A DNA stretch of 64,000 nucleotides from a virus. Its lineage: Duplodnaviria; Caudoviricetes. The translations under genes were made by a program, and so were the position numbers. This document shows positions 38,358 through 48,523 of this stretch, piece after piece. The notes beneath the pieces are model-generated. The model worked only from the letters and a program-made list of their open reading frames with translations. It made no database searches and was not told where the DNA came from. Within the stretch, counting starts at the first letter, position 1, and the number at the start of each line of letters is the position of its first letter. The DNA lies in the IMG/VR virus record IMGVR_UViG_3300033555_000001, positions 32,001 through 96,000 of that record; one strand, 5' to 3'.

Positions 38358-39176
38358 ATGGAATCAGGAATCTATGCTATCCGAAATACAATAAACGGAA
38401 AACTGTATATTGGTAGTGCTAAGAATTTTCATAAACGAAAACTAGAGCATTTTAGACGGTTGAGAAAAAAAGAACATTTTAACATTAGATTGCAGAGAAG
38501 CGTTAACAAGCACGGAATAGGCAACTTTGAATTTATCATTCTGGAGCGCGCTGAATACAGCATGTTAATAAAAGACTTAGAAGACAGTTGGATTAATAAA
38601 CTAAACTCTAAAGCAAGTGGGTATAATATTGCTGACGCTACTTTTGGCGATATTTTATCGAGTCATCCAAATAAAGAAAATATTAAAAGGAAAATTTCGG
38701 CTGGACTCTTAAAATTATCAGCGTCAATGACTCCGGAACAAAGAAAAATAAAATATGGAAAATCTGGAGAATTAAACCCTATGTACGGACGCGCCATGCC
38801 GGATTACGTTAAAAGCGCGGCGGCTGAAGGAATTAAAAAATTTGTAGTCCAACACGGGCATGGCCCGACAAAAGGAATTAAGAAAACAACTGTTCATAGA
38901 GAAAAACTGTCAATTATAGCAAAAGCTAGGGTGGGTGAGTTAAATCCATTTTACGGCAGAAGGCATTCTGAAGAAGCTATTCAAAAAATGTCTGAAAGAG
39001 CAACCGGAAGAAGGTGTTCTACTTTAAGACCTGTAGTCGTCTATGGTATAATTTATGAGAGATTAATAGACGCAGAAAAGGCAACTGGAATTAAAGTTTG
39101 TACGCTGCATCATCGTGCGAAATCAAAAAATCCTAAATTCAACTATATCTATCATTTAGACAATCCAAAATCATGA
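38358..39176 (+). mobile_element. Free-standing GIY-YIG homing endonuclease with NUMOD3-like repeats (I-TevI-like)
   Basis: SGIYAIRN...LYIGSA...R..EH; GELNPMYG and GELNPFYGRRHSEE; AT-rich. Confidence 0.9.
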
Positions 39177-39670
39177 GTAAAATTTTCTATCGCTATATTC
39201 GCCCGGCAGTTTTTAATATTACTCGGGCTGAGCTTGAAACAAATCCTCGGGGCGGCATTTGCCTCAGATTTGAAAAGGGTGAAGGCGATTTGTTGTACTT
39301 TTCTCACTCACGCTGTGATGATTCTGAATTATTTTCAAAAGCGGTGGCTAAAAATATTGCAGACCGCCGTGCTATTGAAACTGCTGAGGATGAAAATAGG
39401 CCAACGGTGCAGGCTTCAAAGGACACGCGCGTACTTGTAGAACAAGTTATTGAGGCGTGTCAGCATTGTTGGGAGGTCTCGTCTCAGGCAACAGCTGTTT
39501 ATCGAAAGCTAGAGTCAAGAGAACTGGCAGCTGCGCTGGAAAAAATGATGCTAAAGAATTATGATGTTAAAGCTCGAGCACATATTTGGCGCGCGGGTAT
39601 TGCGGCCACAGGCACAGCAGCGTTCTATTCTAATTGTCAGAACAAAGGTTCTTATCTGTATGAGAGCTAA
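39173..39670 (+). CDS. Hypothetical protein
   Basis: ATGA-coupled ORF. Confidence 0.6.
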   Translation: MSKIFYRYIRPAVFNITRAELETNPRGGICLRFEKGEGDLLYFSHSRCDDSELFSKAVAKNIADRRAIETAEDENRPTVQASKDTRVLVEQVIEACQHCWEVSSQATAVYRKLESRELAAALEKMMLKNYDVKARAHIWRAGIAATGTAAFYSNCQNKGSYLYES

Positions 39671-40169
39671 AACTTATACTGGAGACATTTTATCTGTAGA
39701 GTCAGGTGTTATTCTCCAGCAAGTAAATGCGCAGTGCGTGATGGGCTCCGGGGTTGCTAAGGCAATCAAAGCAAAATACCCAAGTGTTTTTGAAGAGTAT
39801 GTTGCTGACCTTGCACCATTACCTGCGCGGCAGCGGCTTGGCCGGCTAGTAATGGTGCAAGTAAATTCTGATTTACACGTTGGTAACTTAGTAGGACAAG
39901 AGTTCTATGGCCGCCAGGTGGTGGCTTATACCGCAGGCGGTCTAGGTACAACTAAGTACACATCGTACGATGCACTTGATAGCGCTCTACTTAAATTTAG
40001 ACGGTGGGCTCTAGGCCCCATCGGTATAAACGAGGCGGTGCACTACCCTCTTTTGGGAGCTGGCCTGGGTGGTGGGCACTGGCCAGTAATCAGAGAAATC
40101 CTAAATTGCAGACTAGACGGGCTTGAGCACCACCTGTGGTTGATGCCAGGGGTTGTAGAACCAGTGTAG
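39660..40169 (+). CDS. Macrodomain (ADP-ribose-processing) protein
   Basis: GDIL, QQVNAQCVMGSGVAKAIK, YPLLGAGLGGGHW. Confidence 0.9.
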   Translation: MRAKTYTGDILSVESGVILQQVNAQCVMGSGVAKAIKAKYPSVFEEYVADLAPLPARQRLGRLVMVQVNSDLHVGNLVGQEFYGRQVVAYTAGGLGTTKYTSYDALDSALLKFRRWALGPIGINEAVHYPLLGAGLGGGHWPVIREILNCRLDGLEHHLWLMPGVVEPV

Positions 40170-40215
40170 CCCAGGTTCAGGTGGCTAAATAGCGCTCTAT
40201 ACAACAATTCTACGT

Positions 40216-40977
40216 ATGCTTACATTCCGTCAATTCCTGCAAGAAACAACAATTGCTAGTTCTAGACTTGGTGCAAAATCCAATAAGGCTACAATGCGCA
40301 GAGTGCTGTCTAGAACTTTTTCAGCAGTGTTCTCAGAGATGGAACCGTATTTTGCGGATGCCACTCCACGCACGTTCAAGCGCGTGTACAATTCTTTTTT
40401 GGCCGAATTTCCGGGTGAGTGCGAAAAGATTGATTCGTACAAAAGCGATGGCGTTGGCCCGGGCGAGTTAATTGCTTATTTTATTTTTAACAATATCACT
40501 ATTGGCGGCGGATCTTCACCAATTGATTTGTTCTTAGACGGCGAGCCATTTGCTGAGGTAAAAGCCGGCGATGGCAGCGGCGACCGAGTTCAAGATTTTA
40601 AGCTTGATACCGAGCACTCTAAATCCTCTAAAATTCTGCTCAAGAACCTTGGGGACTTTAATGATGAGTACCGCCGGTTGACGGGCGAGGATCTGCCTAA
40701 TTGGAATGGGGCCGGAGATGCCGCCACTACTGCACTCCGACAGTGGCGAGGTGTTGATCTGGCAGCACTTGGTTCAGAGGATGATGATCTAAACACAATT
40801 GATGACATTGAGGACAACTGGGTCGCTGCAATTTTGGATGCCTACGTTCGAGATAAATACTTTATGCTTGTGAATCGAAAGACTCTACGAGTAAATTACT
40901 TTGGGCAGCTTGGTGTCGAGATGGTCGACTTGCTGCGCACCACCCGCGGTCAGCCAAAAGCCGCAGTTTCTCCATAG
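40216..40977 (+). CDS. PD-(D/E)XK-like nuclease with capsid-targeting-like N-terminus
   Basis: MLTFRQFLQE; GPGE...IDL...AEVK; TAAATA at 40186-40191. Confidence 0.5.
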   Translation: MLTFRQFLQETTIASSRLGAKSNKATMRRVLSRTFSAVFSEMEPYFADATPRTFKRVYNSFLAEFPGECEKIDSYKSDGVGPGELIAYFIFNNITIGGGSSPIDLFLDGEPFAEVKAGDGSGDRVQDFKLDTEHSKSSKILLKNLGDFNDEYRRLTGEDLPNWNGAGDAATTALRQWRGVDLAALGSEDDDLNTIDDIEDNWVAAILDAYVRDKYFMLVNRKTLRVNYFGQLGVEMVDLLRTTRGQPKAAVSP

Positions 40978-40983
40978 GATAGT

Positions 40984-41160
40984 ATGGGCACTCATGTTGA
41001 TACCCGTGACACGCGTAAAAAAGTACGTGAACACGACGAGCTTGCACGTCGCAAGCGCGCGACCTTTAAGCAGTACCTCAGAAATATTGAGGAAGACTTG
41101 CTTGAAGATGATTTAGGGGAAATACAGGAAGAAGATCAGGACGCTGACGGCGAAGAATAA
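40984..41160 (+). CDS. Small protein with acidic tail (58 aa)
   Basis: AGGA RBS; MGTHVDTRD...EEDQDADGEE; read by hand. Confidence 0.55.
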   Translation: MGTHVDTRDTRKKVREHDELARRKRATFKQYLRNIEEDLLEDDLGEIQEEDQDADGEE

Positions 41161-41211
41161 TGTTTCACCGTGTGTGAAGGCTAAATAGCCCGACACTGAG
41201 GATTTAACATT

Positions 41212-41694
41212 ATGCTGATTGTACCACTCTCTGGTGATAAAGTTTCTACTGGTGGCGAAGAAAGAACTGTTCTTTCGTATTCGCCATTTAGGGGTGCGCC
41301 TTCTGTTCTTGTTGAGATGCCAGCCGGAAAACCTGCTAACGTCCCATTTACTGAAATAACGGCAATTAACGGCACTCCAGTAACTATTACCCCAGGTAAA
41401 GTTTTTAATGCTTCGAGCAAAGTAAATCGGCGCATGCACTTACCACAGCCTGACGATACCATTATGGTAGACGATCAGCGATTAAAAGTTTCCACAGTTA
41501 AAATACACGAGCGCGGCTCTCTCACTACCGGTCTCTTGCTTGTATGCGAAGATACTGAAACAAAAGAGCGGTTAACTGTTAGACTCTCAGATATTGAGCG
41601 ATTAGAGAGGGCTAACGGCTCTCAAGAAAATTTAAAAAATATAATGCGAACTGTCTATCAAGAATACCTAGGATCATCGGGCAGCGCCAAATGA
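41212..41694 (+). CDS. Hypothetical late protein
   Basis: TAAATA at 41182-41187; GAGGA RBS. Confidence 0.65.
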   Translation: MLIVPLSGDKVSTGGEERTVLSYSPFRGAPSVLVEMPAGKPANVPFTEITAINGTPVTITPGKVFNASSKVNRRMHLPQPDDTIMVDDQRLKVSTVKIHERGSLTTGLLLVCEDTETKERLTVRLSDIERLERANGSQENLKNIMRTVYQEYLGSSGSAK

Positions 41695-41894
41695 GCGCGT
41701 TTATTGCTGGACTTGAGCGTGATGCCCTAAAAACTGCGTGGCAAACTTATATCATCAAGCACGGATTTGAAACAATTCAAGTGCTGGTGCCTCTTGAGCG
41801 TACTGCGCAATTTGAAGAACACCTTCCATCTTCGCTTTCTTCTAAACAAGCAGTTCTGTCGTTCGTGCGTGAGCACGGCGGCGAACCAATCTAA
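41691..41894 (+). CDS. Hypothetical protein
   Basis: ATGA-coupled ORF. Confidence 0.55.
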   Translation: MSAFIAGLERDALKTAWQTYIIKHGFETIQVLVPLERTAQFEEHLPSSLSSKQAVLSFVREHGGEPI

Positions 41895-41902
41895 GAGGTC
41901 GT

Positions 41903-42511
41903 ATGGCGATCCCATTAAATCTCACACAGCTTTTTAGCAATAATGCCGTCAGTCTTTTAGTTGCCCCAATCTCTGAGCAGAGTACATCGCTTGAGGTAAT
42001 GGCAGGAATGGGCGAATCATTTCCTTCTCCAGGCTCAGGTGAATATTTTTTAATTACACTTGAAGATCAGGCAGCTACCCGCCGCGAAATTATCAAAGTT
42101 ACTGGTCGCGCTGGTGATATTCTTACTTTTGATCTTGCCGACCGCGGGTTAGAGGATACCGAAATAGCTGCTTGGTCAAGTGGCCTGGGCAATGACACAC
42201 TGGTTGATCACAGAATTACCGCTGGCACACTGCGCCGAGCAGCACAGCTGCCACTGGCTCAGTTTACCCCGGGTCAACAATCATTTAATCAGAATTATAC
42301 TCTTATTCCCGGAGCACAAACTGTGCTTGAACTTGAGATCAATATTGCCCCTGGCAGCTCTTGCCTCTATGTGGGTGGTCTCAGACAAAAACTAAACGTG
42401 GATTACGCAGAATCAGCGCCAAACAAATTAACTTTAGCTTATTCGCTGTCAGCTGAAGACATTGCACTTGGCCAGCACATCACCATTGACTTTGTACCAA
42501 TGGCGTCTTAA
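41903..42511 (+). CDS. Virion structural protein
   Basis: FSNNA..., EIIKVTGR.GD.LT..RG.EDT...W...VDHRITAG and VGGLRQK..VDY motifs seen in tail accessory proteins. Confidence 0.6.
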   Translation: MAIPLNLTQLFSNNAVSLLVAPISEQSTSLEVMAGMGESFPSPGSGEYFLITLEDQAATRREIIKVTGRAGDILTFDLADRGLEDTEIAAWSSGLGNDTLVDHRITAGTLRRAAQLPLAQFTPGQQSFNQNYTLIPGAQTVLELEINIAPGSSCLYVGGLRQKLNVDYAESAPNKLTLAYSLSAEDIALGQHITIDFVPMAS

Positions 42512-42547
42512 CCCATAAATAGCACGATCACTTAATAAGGAATTAAC

Positions 42548-43960
42548 ATGGCACTGACTAAAATCCGTGGTAATACGCAGATCCTTGATCTTAGCGTAAC
42601 CAATACACAAATTGCTGTAAAAGACGCGCAGAATCCGCTCGGTATTCTGCTCTCAAAAATTGAAGATGGCGAGCTGCTTGTTAAAAGTAATGGCTCAGTG
42701 CCATTTACTGCTCCAGTGTCTGGCGTTGTGCCAACGCTTAACACCCACCTGGCAACAAAGGGCTATGTTGATGGCGTTGCACAGGGTCTTGACATTAAGC
42801 GCTCGGTACGCGTTGTTACACAGGCAAACGTTATTCTGAGTGGAACGCAAACGGTTGACGGTGTTGCGCTTGCTGCAGGCGATCGCGTGTTGGTTGCTGG
42901 ACAAACTGTTGTTAGCGAAAACGGCATCTACACCGTTGGAACTGGTGTATGGGCTCGCGCAGAAGATGCTGACAACACACCAGCCGGAGAAGTAACCTCG
43001 GGCATGTTTACGTTTGTTGAAGAAGGCACCGTTTACGCCAGTTCAGGCTGGGTGCTAACCGCTGCAAACCCAATAGCGCTGGGAACAACTGATCTGACAT
43101 TTGCTCAGTTCTCTCAAGCCGGTGTTTTTATCGGCGGTGCTGGTCTTACTAAGCTTGGAAATACCATTGATGTGGTTTCCGCAAACGGCGGTATTGTTGT
43201 TAGCACTGACAATATTGCTCTTACGTTAGACGGCACTACTCTGGCAGTTGGCGCCACAGGTCTTAAGCTTGCAGACGTTGGCGCTGGCCAGGTACTAGTA
43301 GGCGATGGCGTTGGTCATGCACGTGGCGTAACAATTACCGGTGATATCACAATTGACCAAGCAGGCGTTGCTGTATTGACTGCTGGCTCCGTAGATGGTA
43401 ACGCAGTTGCTAATGGCTCACTGGCTCTGGCTAAGCTTGCCAGCGGTGGAGCTGGCCAATTAGTAGTTGTTGGCGCTGATGGAGTTCCTGCTTATACCAC
43501 TCTCTCAGGTGACGCAACAATTTCGGCAACTGGCTCGTTGCAACTTGGTGCTGGTTCAGTTAGTACAGTTGAACTCGCTGACGCCGCAGTAACACTTGCT
43601 AAGCTCACGCCTCTTGCTGTAGGCCAGGTTATTATCGGCACAACTGGTGGTACTAACACTGCAGTCACGTTAAGTGGTGACGTAACTATTACCGAAGCCG
43701 GAGTGGTGGTAATAAACGCAGCAACTGTTGTTAGAGTTGCAGATATTGTTACTCGTGAAATTCCAACCGGTATAGTAAACGGTATCAACGACACGTTCGT
43801 ACTGGCGTTTGCTCCAAAGGTCGGAAAAGAAACAGTATTCGTGAATGGCATCATGCAGGATTCAGGCGCTGGTAACGATTACACAATCACCGCCGACACA
43901 ATTACTATGCTGTATGCACTTACGGCTGGTGATAAAATCCGCGTGTCGTATTTCAAGTAA
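42548..43960 (+). CDS. Virion fibre/decoration protein
   Basis: ATKGYVD, LSGTQTVDGVALAAGDRVLV..Q...NGIY, GMFTFVEEG; C-terminal VNGIMQ..G..NDY; TAAATA at 42516. Confidence 0.75.
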   Translation: MALTKIRGNTQILDLSVTNTQIAVKDAQNPLGILLSKIEDGELLVKSNGSVPFTAPVSGVVPTLNTHLATKGYVDGVAQGLDIKRSVRVVTQANVILSGTQTVDGVALAAGDRVLVAGQTVVSENGIYTVGTGVWARAEDADNTPAGEVTSGMFTFVEEGTVYASSGWVLTAANPIALGTTDLTFAQFSQAGVFIGGAGLTKLGNTIDVVSANGGIVVSTDNIALTLDGTTLAVGATGLKLADVGAGQVLVGDGVGHARGVTITGDITIDQAGVAVLTAGSVDGNAVANGSLALAKLASGGAGQLVVVGADGVPAYTTLSGDATISATGSLQLGAGSVSTVELADAAVTLAKLTPLAVGQVIIGTTGGTNTAVTLSGDVTITEAGVVVINAATVVRVADIVTREIPTGIVNGINDTFVLAFAPKVGKETVFVNGIMQDSGAGNDYTITADTITMLYALTAGDKIRVSYFK

Positions 43961-43982
43961 TAAGCAATAAGCAGTAGAGATG

Positions 43983-44007
43983 GGGCGGCGTGTTATGCCG
44001 CCCTTTT
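43983..44007 (+). terminator. Intrinsic terminator
   Basis: GGGCGGC-GTGTTAT-GCCGCCC-TTTT. Confidence 0.75.
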
Positions 44008-44047
44008 ATGCAACACCTAATTCTAGCCATTAAGACAGAGGACAGCA

Positions 44048-47000
44048 GTGCGTACACAGATCCCAGGCAAGCAAATTCTTGATTCGACGGTCGATACCGC
44101 CGATCTAAAAGACACCGCTGTAACTGATGCTAAGCTATCAGATAGTGGCGTACTTCCAGGCGCGTACACAAAAGTTACCGTCGGCCAAAAGGGCCGTGTG
44201 ACGCTTGGGGAAAACCCGACTACTATAGCTGGATACGGTATTACTGATGCAGTTTCAGAAACTGATCCACGGTTCTTGATTTCTGTTATTACCGCCAAGC
44301 ATGAAGCTGGTAACCCATTGCACCGTCATTTGCACGGTACCCCCAATCAAATTATAACTACAGATGCAGGGCCTGGTCTCTCGCTCGATGTAGGTATTGC
44401 GCCTAACCCAATCATTCCTGGATCTGGCGGTCTTACTTTGCCGATAGGTACAACAGTAGAAAGACTCACTGGTACCAACGGTATGATCAGGTTTAACTCT
44501 GATTCACTCGAAGCTGAAATTTTTAGAGCCGAGTGGGACGCCGTAGTTATGAGCTCGGATAATAGGTTAGCGCCCGGCCAAACACTGATCGTGTCAAAAT
44601 TGCCGGGCAAGGGACAATTTTCCTCTATTGGCGCAGCGCTGGCCTCTATTACCGATAACAGTACGACCAAGCGATACACCATTAAAGTGCGTGCAGGAAC
44701 CTACATTGAATCAACTCTAACAATGAAGCGCTGGGTTTCAGTTGTTGGTGATTCAGGCTCCAGCACAGTTATTGAAAATAGCAATCCTGACTCGCACTTG
44801 ATTATGGGCGCTAATGACGCCAGGGTGCAAGGCGTTACACTAACCGGATCTACGGGAACCGGATTTGCAGCGGTGTATTTTAAAGACGCACCTGAGAATA
44901 CAAGCACTCGCATTATGTTGGTTGAGAATGTTACATTTGGCGCTAACTACCGGCACATGCACGTTGTTTCAACGGGTTCTATTACCGCCATTTTTGCAAT
45001 GACTTGTTTATTCGGCGGCACAGCCGTGTATAATCAGGCGCTTGTTGCTGAATCTTCTAATAATGGCTTTGCGCGAATCTTCTTAAAGAGCGGGCAGACT
45101 GCCAGCGCGACAGCGCCACTGCCGCAGGAATTTGCATATGCGACAGGTAAAGGCGCTGAGCTTGTCATGTCCGCGTGTCTGATTAGAATTTCTACATCAA
45201 CTCCGTCTGGTAAAGGCGTAAGAGTTAGGGATGGAGGTCTTATTAGGATAAGCGGCGTAACCATGCGCGGCTTTGAAATTGGAATCTTTGCCGAGAACGC
45301 CGGTGTTGCTCCCACCGTACAGTGCTATAACGTAGGTATGGAATCCAACACCACAGATTTGATGTTTGATCATCCGGGTACAGTTGGCACTTATTTTGGT
45401 ACGGCGGATCGCACTAAGGTAATAGATAATTCTGGAAAAGTGTCTATTTTGTACCTGGATCCCGTTGATCCAGGTATCAATATTGTGGGTTCTCTTAACA
45501 TTGGCACCACTGCATCTGCACTGACAAACGTAACAGATTTAATTTTAAAAACACCAGCGCTCGGCGTGCTCTCAGGCGGAATTATTTCTAGAGCCAGTGG
45601 GCTAGTAGTAGATGTTACTGGTGGCAAAGGGTACCTGTGGGCTAACAGCATGGTCAAGCGTGTTGTGTTTACCGGCGCGCAGTTTACAATTGCTGCAAGT
45701 ACTTCACCGTACATTTATGTGACCGAAGCTGGAATTATTGCATCGGCACTGTCTAAGCCCGATCCAACCACAACTATGTTAATCGGGCGCGTTGTGGCTG
45801 GAAGTTCAACTATCGCAACCTATGTAGATCTGCGGACGCGACTTGACGGGTGGGGAACAAACGTTGAACAGTACCTTAGAAATGTTATTGGCCCGGTGTT
45901 TATATCTGGTCAGACTGTAAGTGAAGGCACAGCACCGCTAAGCATAAACGTTTCTGCTGGTGTATGGAACTATGGAACACAGACCCGTCTGCCAAGCGAA
46001 ACTCTAGGTGGAGCGTTCTTTGACATGTCACGATCTGGTGGACAAGTTACTGTAATTGCGCGTACTACATTTAGCAATACTACAAGAACCGGCGCTACTG
46101 ACGAAGTGCCGCTGACAGCTGGGTACTTTGCAAAACACACGCTCTTAACTGCGTCTGACGGAGCCGGGCAGGCTTATTTTGTACAGCACGCACGTACTGA
46201 ATACGCAACTCTTGCGGCAGCCGTTGCCGCCCCACTGGATGGATTCTTGCTGGTTCCTGACAGCTCCCCGCCAATCGCATCGATTATTGTACAGCAAGGC
46301 AATCCAAACATTGTGCAGATCATTGACCTGCGCCCGTTTGTTGGGGGTGCACGCAGCGTCAGCTCTGCGGGCGGCGTTACAGTGCACGGCGATTTACTGG
46401 GGCTCTCAGCTGATAATCATTTACAGTACTTGCGAGTAGATGGCGTCAGAGCAATGCTTGGTGATTTGAATTTAGGTGCTAATTCAATCACCAACGTTGG
46501 AACAGTAAATGGTATTTCAATTACTACTCACGCTAGCCGCCATCAACCAAATGGAGCAGACCCGCTCTCTACTGGATCAGCAGTTGGCATTAGCACGAGT
46601 ACAGTAAATGGAATTGGCGTTTCAAACGACTTAGCCAGAGCTGATCACACGCACGCTTTGACTGGAGTGCAAGCCAGCAGCCCGGTTCTTTCGGGTATTA
46701 CTGCGCTCTCTGGAAACGGAATAATTGTAAAGTCTGGTACTGGTGCGGTTACGCGATTAATTGCTGGCACCGCAGGCAGAGTAATACTCTCTAATGCTGA
46801 CGGCGTGCTTGGAGATCCAACGATTGATCTAAGCACAGTAATAGCACCGGGTACGTTTACTACCGTTGCGGTTGATGCGTACGGTCGCGTTACAAGTGGA
46901 AGCGCCACACAGGACTGGACAACAATTACTGGCACTCCAACAACTTTGGCCGGCTATGGCATTGCAAATGCACAACCGTTAGATGCAGATTTAACTGCCC

Positions 47001-48523
47001 TTGCGGCAATAGGCACTACTGGTTTTTACATAATTGCAGGAAACGGTGCCAGCGTAACAAGATCACTAGTGGCGCCAACTGATGGCATCTCAATTGCTAA
47101 TTCAACTGGCCTGGCAGGTGATCCAACATTTAGCCTTACAAATGATCTGGCTGCCGTTGAAGCACTGATAACCACCGGAATTGCGGTACGAACTGGTGCA
47201 GATTCGTGGGCCACGCGAATTATTGCCGGACCAACTAGCGGTATTACAGTATCAAATGGATCTGGTGTTGGTGGAAACCCAACGCTGAATCTTGTTAATG
47301 ACTTAGCAGCACTTGAAGGATTAACAACATTCGGTTTTGCTGTTCGCACCGCCGCAGATACCTGGGCTACGCGAGTTATAGGCGGTACAGCTGGTAATAT
47401 TTTAATTACTAACGGAACCGGCATCAGCGGTGATCTGAGCGTTAACTTATCAACAGTTGGAATTGCTGGATCTTACCACTCGGTCACAACTGACGCATTT
47501 GGGCGTGTTACTGCTGGTACAAACCCGACAACGTTAGCTGGCTATGGTATTACTGATGCACAAGGCCTTGATTCAGATCTGACTGCATTAGCAAATACTG
47601 CAACCACCGGCGCCTATACAATCACTGGTGCAGGCACCAGTGCAACTCGCGTACTTACAGCTGGATCAACAAAAGTTTCTGTTGTAAACGGTTCTGGCGT
47701 TGTTGGTAATCCTACAGTAGACATTGTTGAAACTAATTTGGTGCTGAATAATATCGGCGGCGTACTTAGCACGACAAAGGGCGGCACAGGCTTAGCGGTT
47801 ATTGGCGGTGCAAATTCGTTGCTTGGCGTCAATCTTGCTGGAACTGCGCTTGAGTACAGCGGTTTTACAACTGGCACAAACCTTGTTTTAACGCGCTCAG
47901 CAAATCTTTACAACTTAGTGATTGCGGATAATCCAGTTTTTACCGGAACGGCTGGTATTGTTGTTCCTGCCTCAACTACTGCTGCGCGAGCAAATACCAC
48001 TGGCGCGGTTCGGCTGAATACTACGGTTAGTCAGTTTGAGGGTTTTACTGGCACTCAATGGGTACCGCTTTCAACGGCTGCTTCAGTCACTCAGTACTTT
48101 AAAGGTTCTGTACCGCAGACATCTGGCACCTCAATTGTGCCGTACGGTAATACTGCTCCAACCATAACTCAAGGTACTCAACTCTGGTCGCAAACACTTA
48201 CTCCTTTCTCTAATTCTTCTTCGGTAGAAGTTGAATTTACTACCATTGGGGACTTGTCGAGCTCCTCTGCGTATATAATTTTGTCAGCATTCAGGGGTAA
48301 CACACTTATTGGTATGTCTGTTTTGGCTTCTGGCAAACTAGCTGGTGCAGACTTTACAAGCTCGTTTGTTATTCGGGTTATTGATATACCTGGCACAACT
48401 ACACCGGTAACTTATTCCGTTCGTGTGGGCGGATCAGTAGGTACGTGGTACGTGGGCCGTGGGCAGAACGCAACATTTGGTGGCACTAACCCAAGCTATT
48501 GGACTATAAAGGAATTCTCATGA
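44048..48523 (+). CDS. Large tail fibre/spike with beta-helix (pectin-lyase-like) domain and shaft repeats
   Basis: GQFSSIGAAL...IKVRAGTYIE...VSVVG beta-helix entry; repeated [16 protein letters not shown] modules shared with 1061..4120. Confidence 0.8.
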   Translation: MRTQIPGKQILDSTVDTADLKDTAVTDAKLSDSGVLPGAYTKVTVGQKGRVTLGENPTTIAGYGITDAVSETDPRFLISVITAKHEAGNPLHRHLHGTPNQIITTDAGPGLSLDVGIAPNPIIPGSGGLTLPIGTTVERLTGTNGMIRFNSDSLEAEIFRAEWDAVVMSSDNRLAPGQTLIVSKLPGKGQFSSIGAALASITDNSTTKRYTIKVRAGTYIESTLTMKRWVSVVGDSGSSTVIENSNPDSHLIMGANDARVQGVTLTGSTGTGFAAVYFKDAPENTSTRIMLVENVTFGANYRHMHVVSTGSITAIFAMTCLFGGTAVYNQALVAESSNNGFARIFLKSGQTASATAPLPQEFAYATGKGAELVMSACLIRISTSTPSGKGVRVRDGGLIRISGVTMRGFEIGIFAENAGVAPTVQCYNVGMESNTTDLMFDHPGTVGTYFGTADRTKVIDNSGKVSILYLDPVDPGINIVGSLNIGTTASALTNVTDLILKTPALGVLSGGIISRASGLVVDVTGGKGYLWANSMVKRVVFTGAQFTIAASTSPYIYVTEAGIIASALSKPDPTTTMLIGRVVAGSSTIATYVDLRTRLDGWGTNVEQYLRNVIGPVFISGQTVSEGTAPLSINVSAGVWNYGTQTRLPSETLGGAFFDMSRSGGQVTVIARTTFSNTTRTGATDEVPLTAGYFAKHTLLTASDGAGQAYFVQHARTEYATLAAAVAAPLDGFLLVPDSSPPIASIIVQQGNPNIVQIIDLRPFVGGARSVSSAGGVTVHGDLLGLSADNHLQYLRVDGVRAMLGDLNLGANSITNVGTVNGISITTHASRHQPNGADPLSTGSAVGISTSTVNGIGVSNDLARADHTHALTGVQASSPVLSGITALSGNGIIVKSGTGAVTRLIAGTAGRVILSNADGVLGDPTIDLSTVIAPGTFTTVAVDAYGRVTSGSATQDWTTITGTPTTLAGYGIANAQPLDADLTALAAIGTTGFYIIAGNGASVTRSLVAPTDGISIANSTGLAGDPTFSLTNDLAAVEALITTGIAVRTGADSWATRIIAGPTSGITVSNGSGVGGNPTLNLVNDLAALEGLTTFGFAVRTAADTWATRVIGGTAGNILITNGTGISGDLSVNLSTVGIAGSYHSVTTDAFGRVTAGTNPTTLAGYGITDAQGLDSDLTALANTATTGAYTITGAGTSATRVLTAGSTKVSVVNGSGVVGNPTVDIVETNLVLNNIGGVLSTTKGGTGLAVIGGANSLLGVNLAGTALEYSGFTTGTNLVLTRSANLYNLVIADNPVFTGTAGIVVPASTTAARANTTGAVRLNTTVSQFEGFTGTQWVPLSTAASVTQYFKGSVPQTSGTSIVPYGNTAPTITQGTQLWSQTLTPFSNSSSVEVEFTTIGDLSSSSAYIILSAFRGNTLIGMSVLASGKLAGADFTSSFVIRVIDIPGTTTPVTYSVRVGGSVGTWYVGRGQNATFGGTNPSYWTIKEFS

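Noticed and set aside
37350-39176. Group I intron in thyA, as in T4 td
   Set aside because: thyA is a continuous ORF through the GIPFN region and the endonuclease lies after its stop codon.
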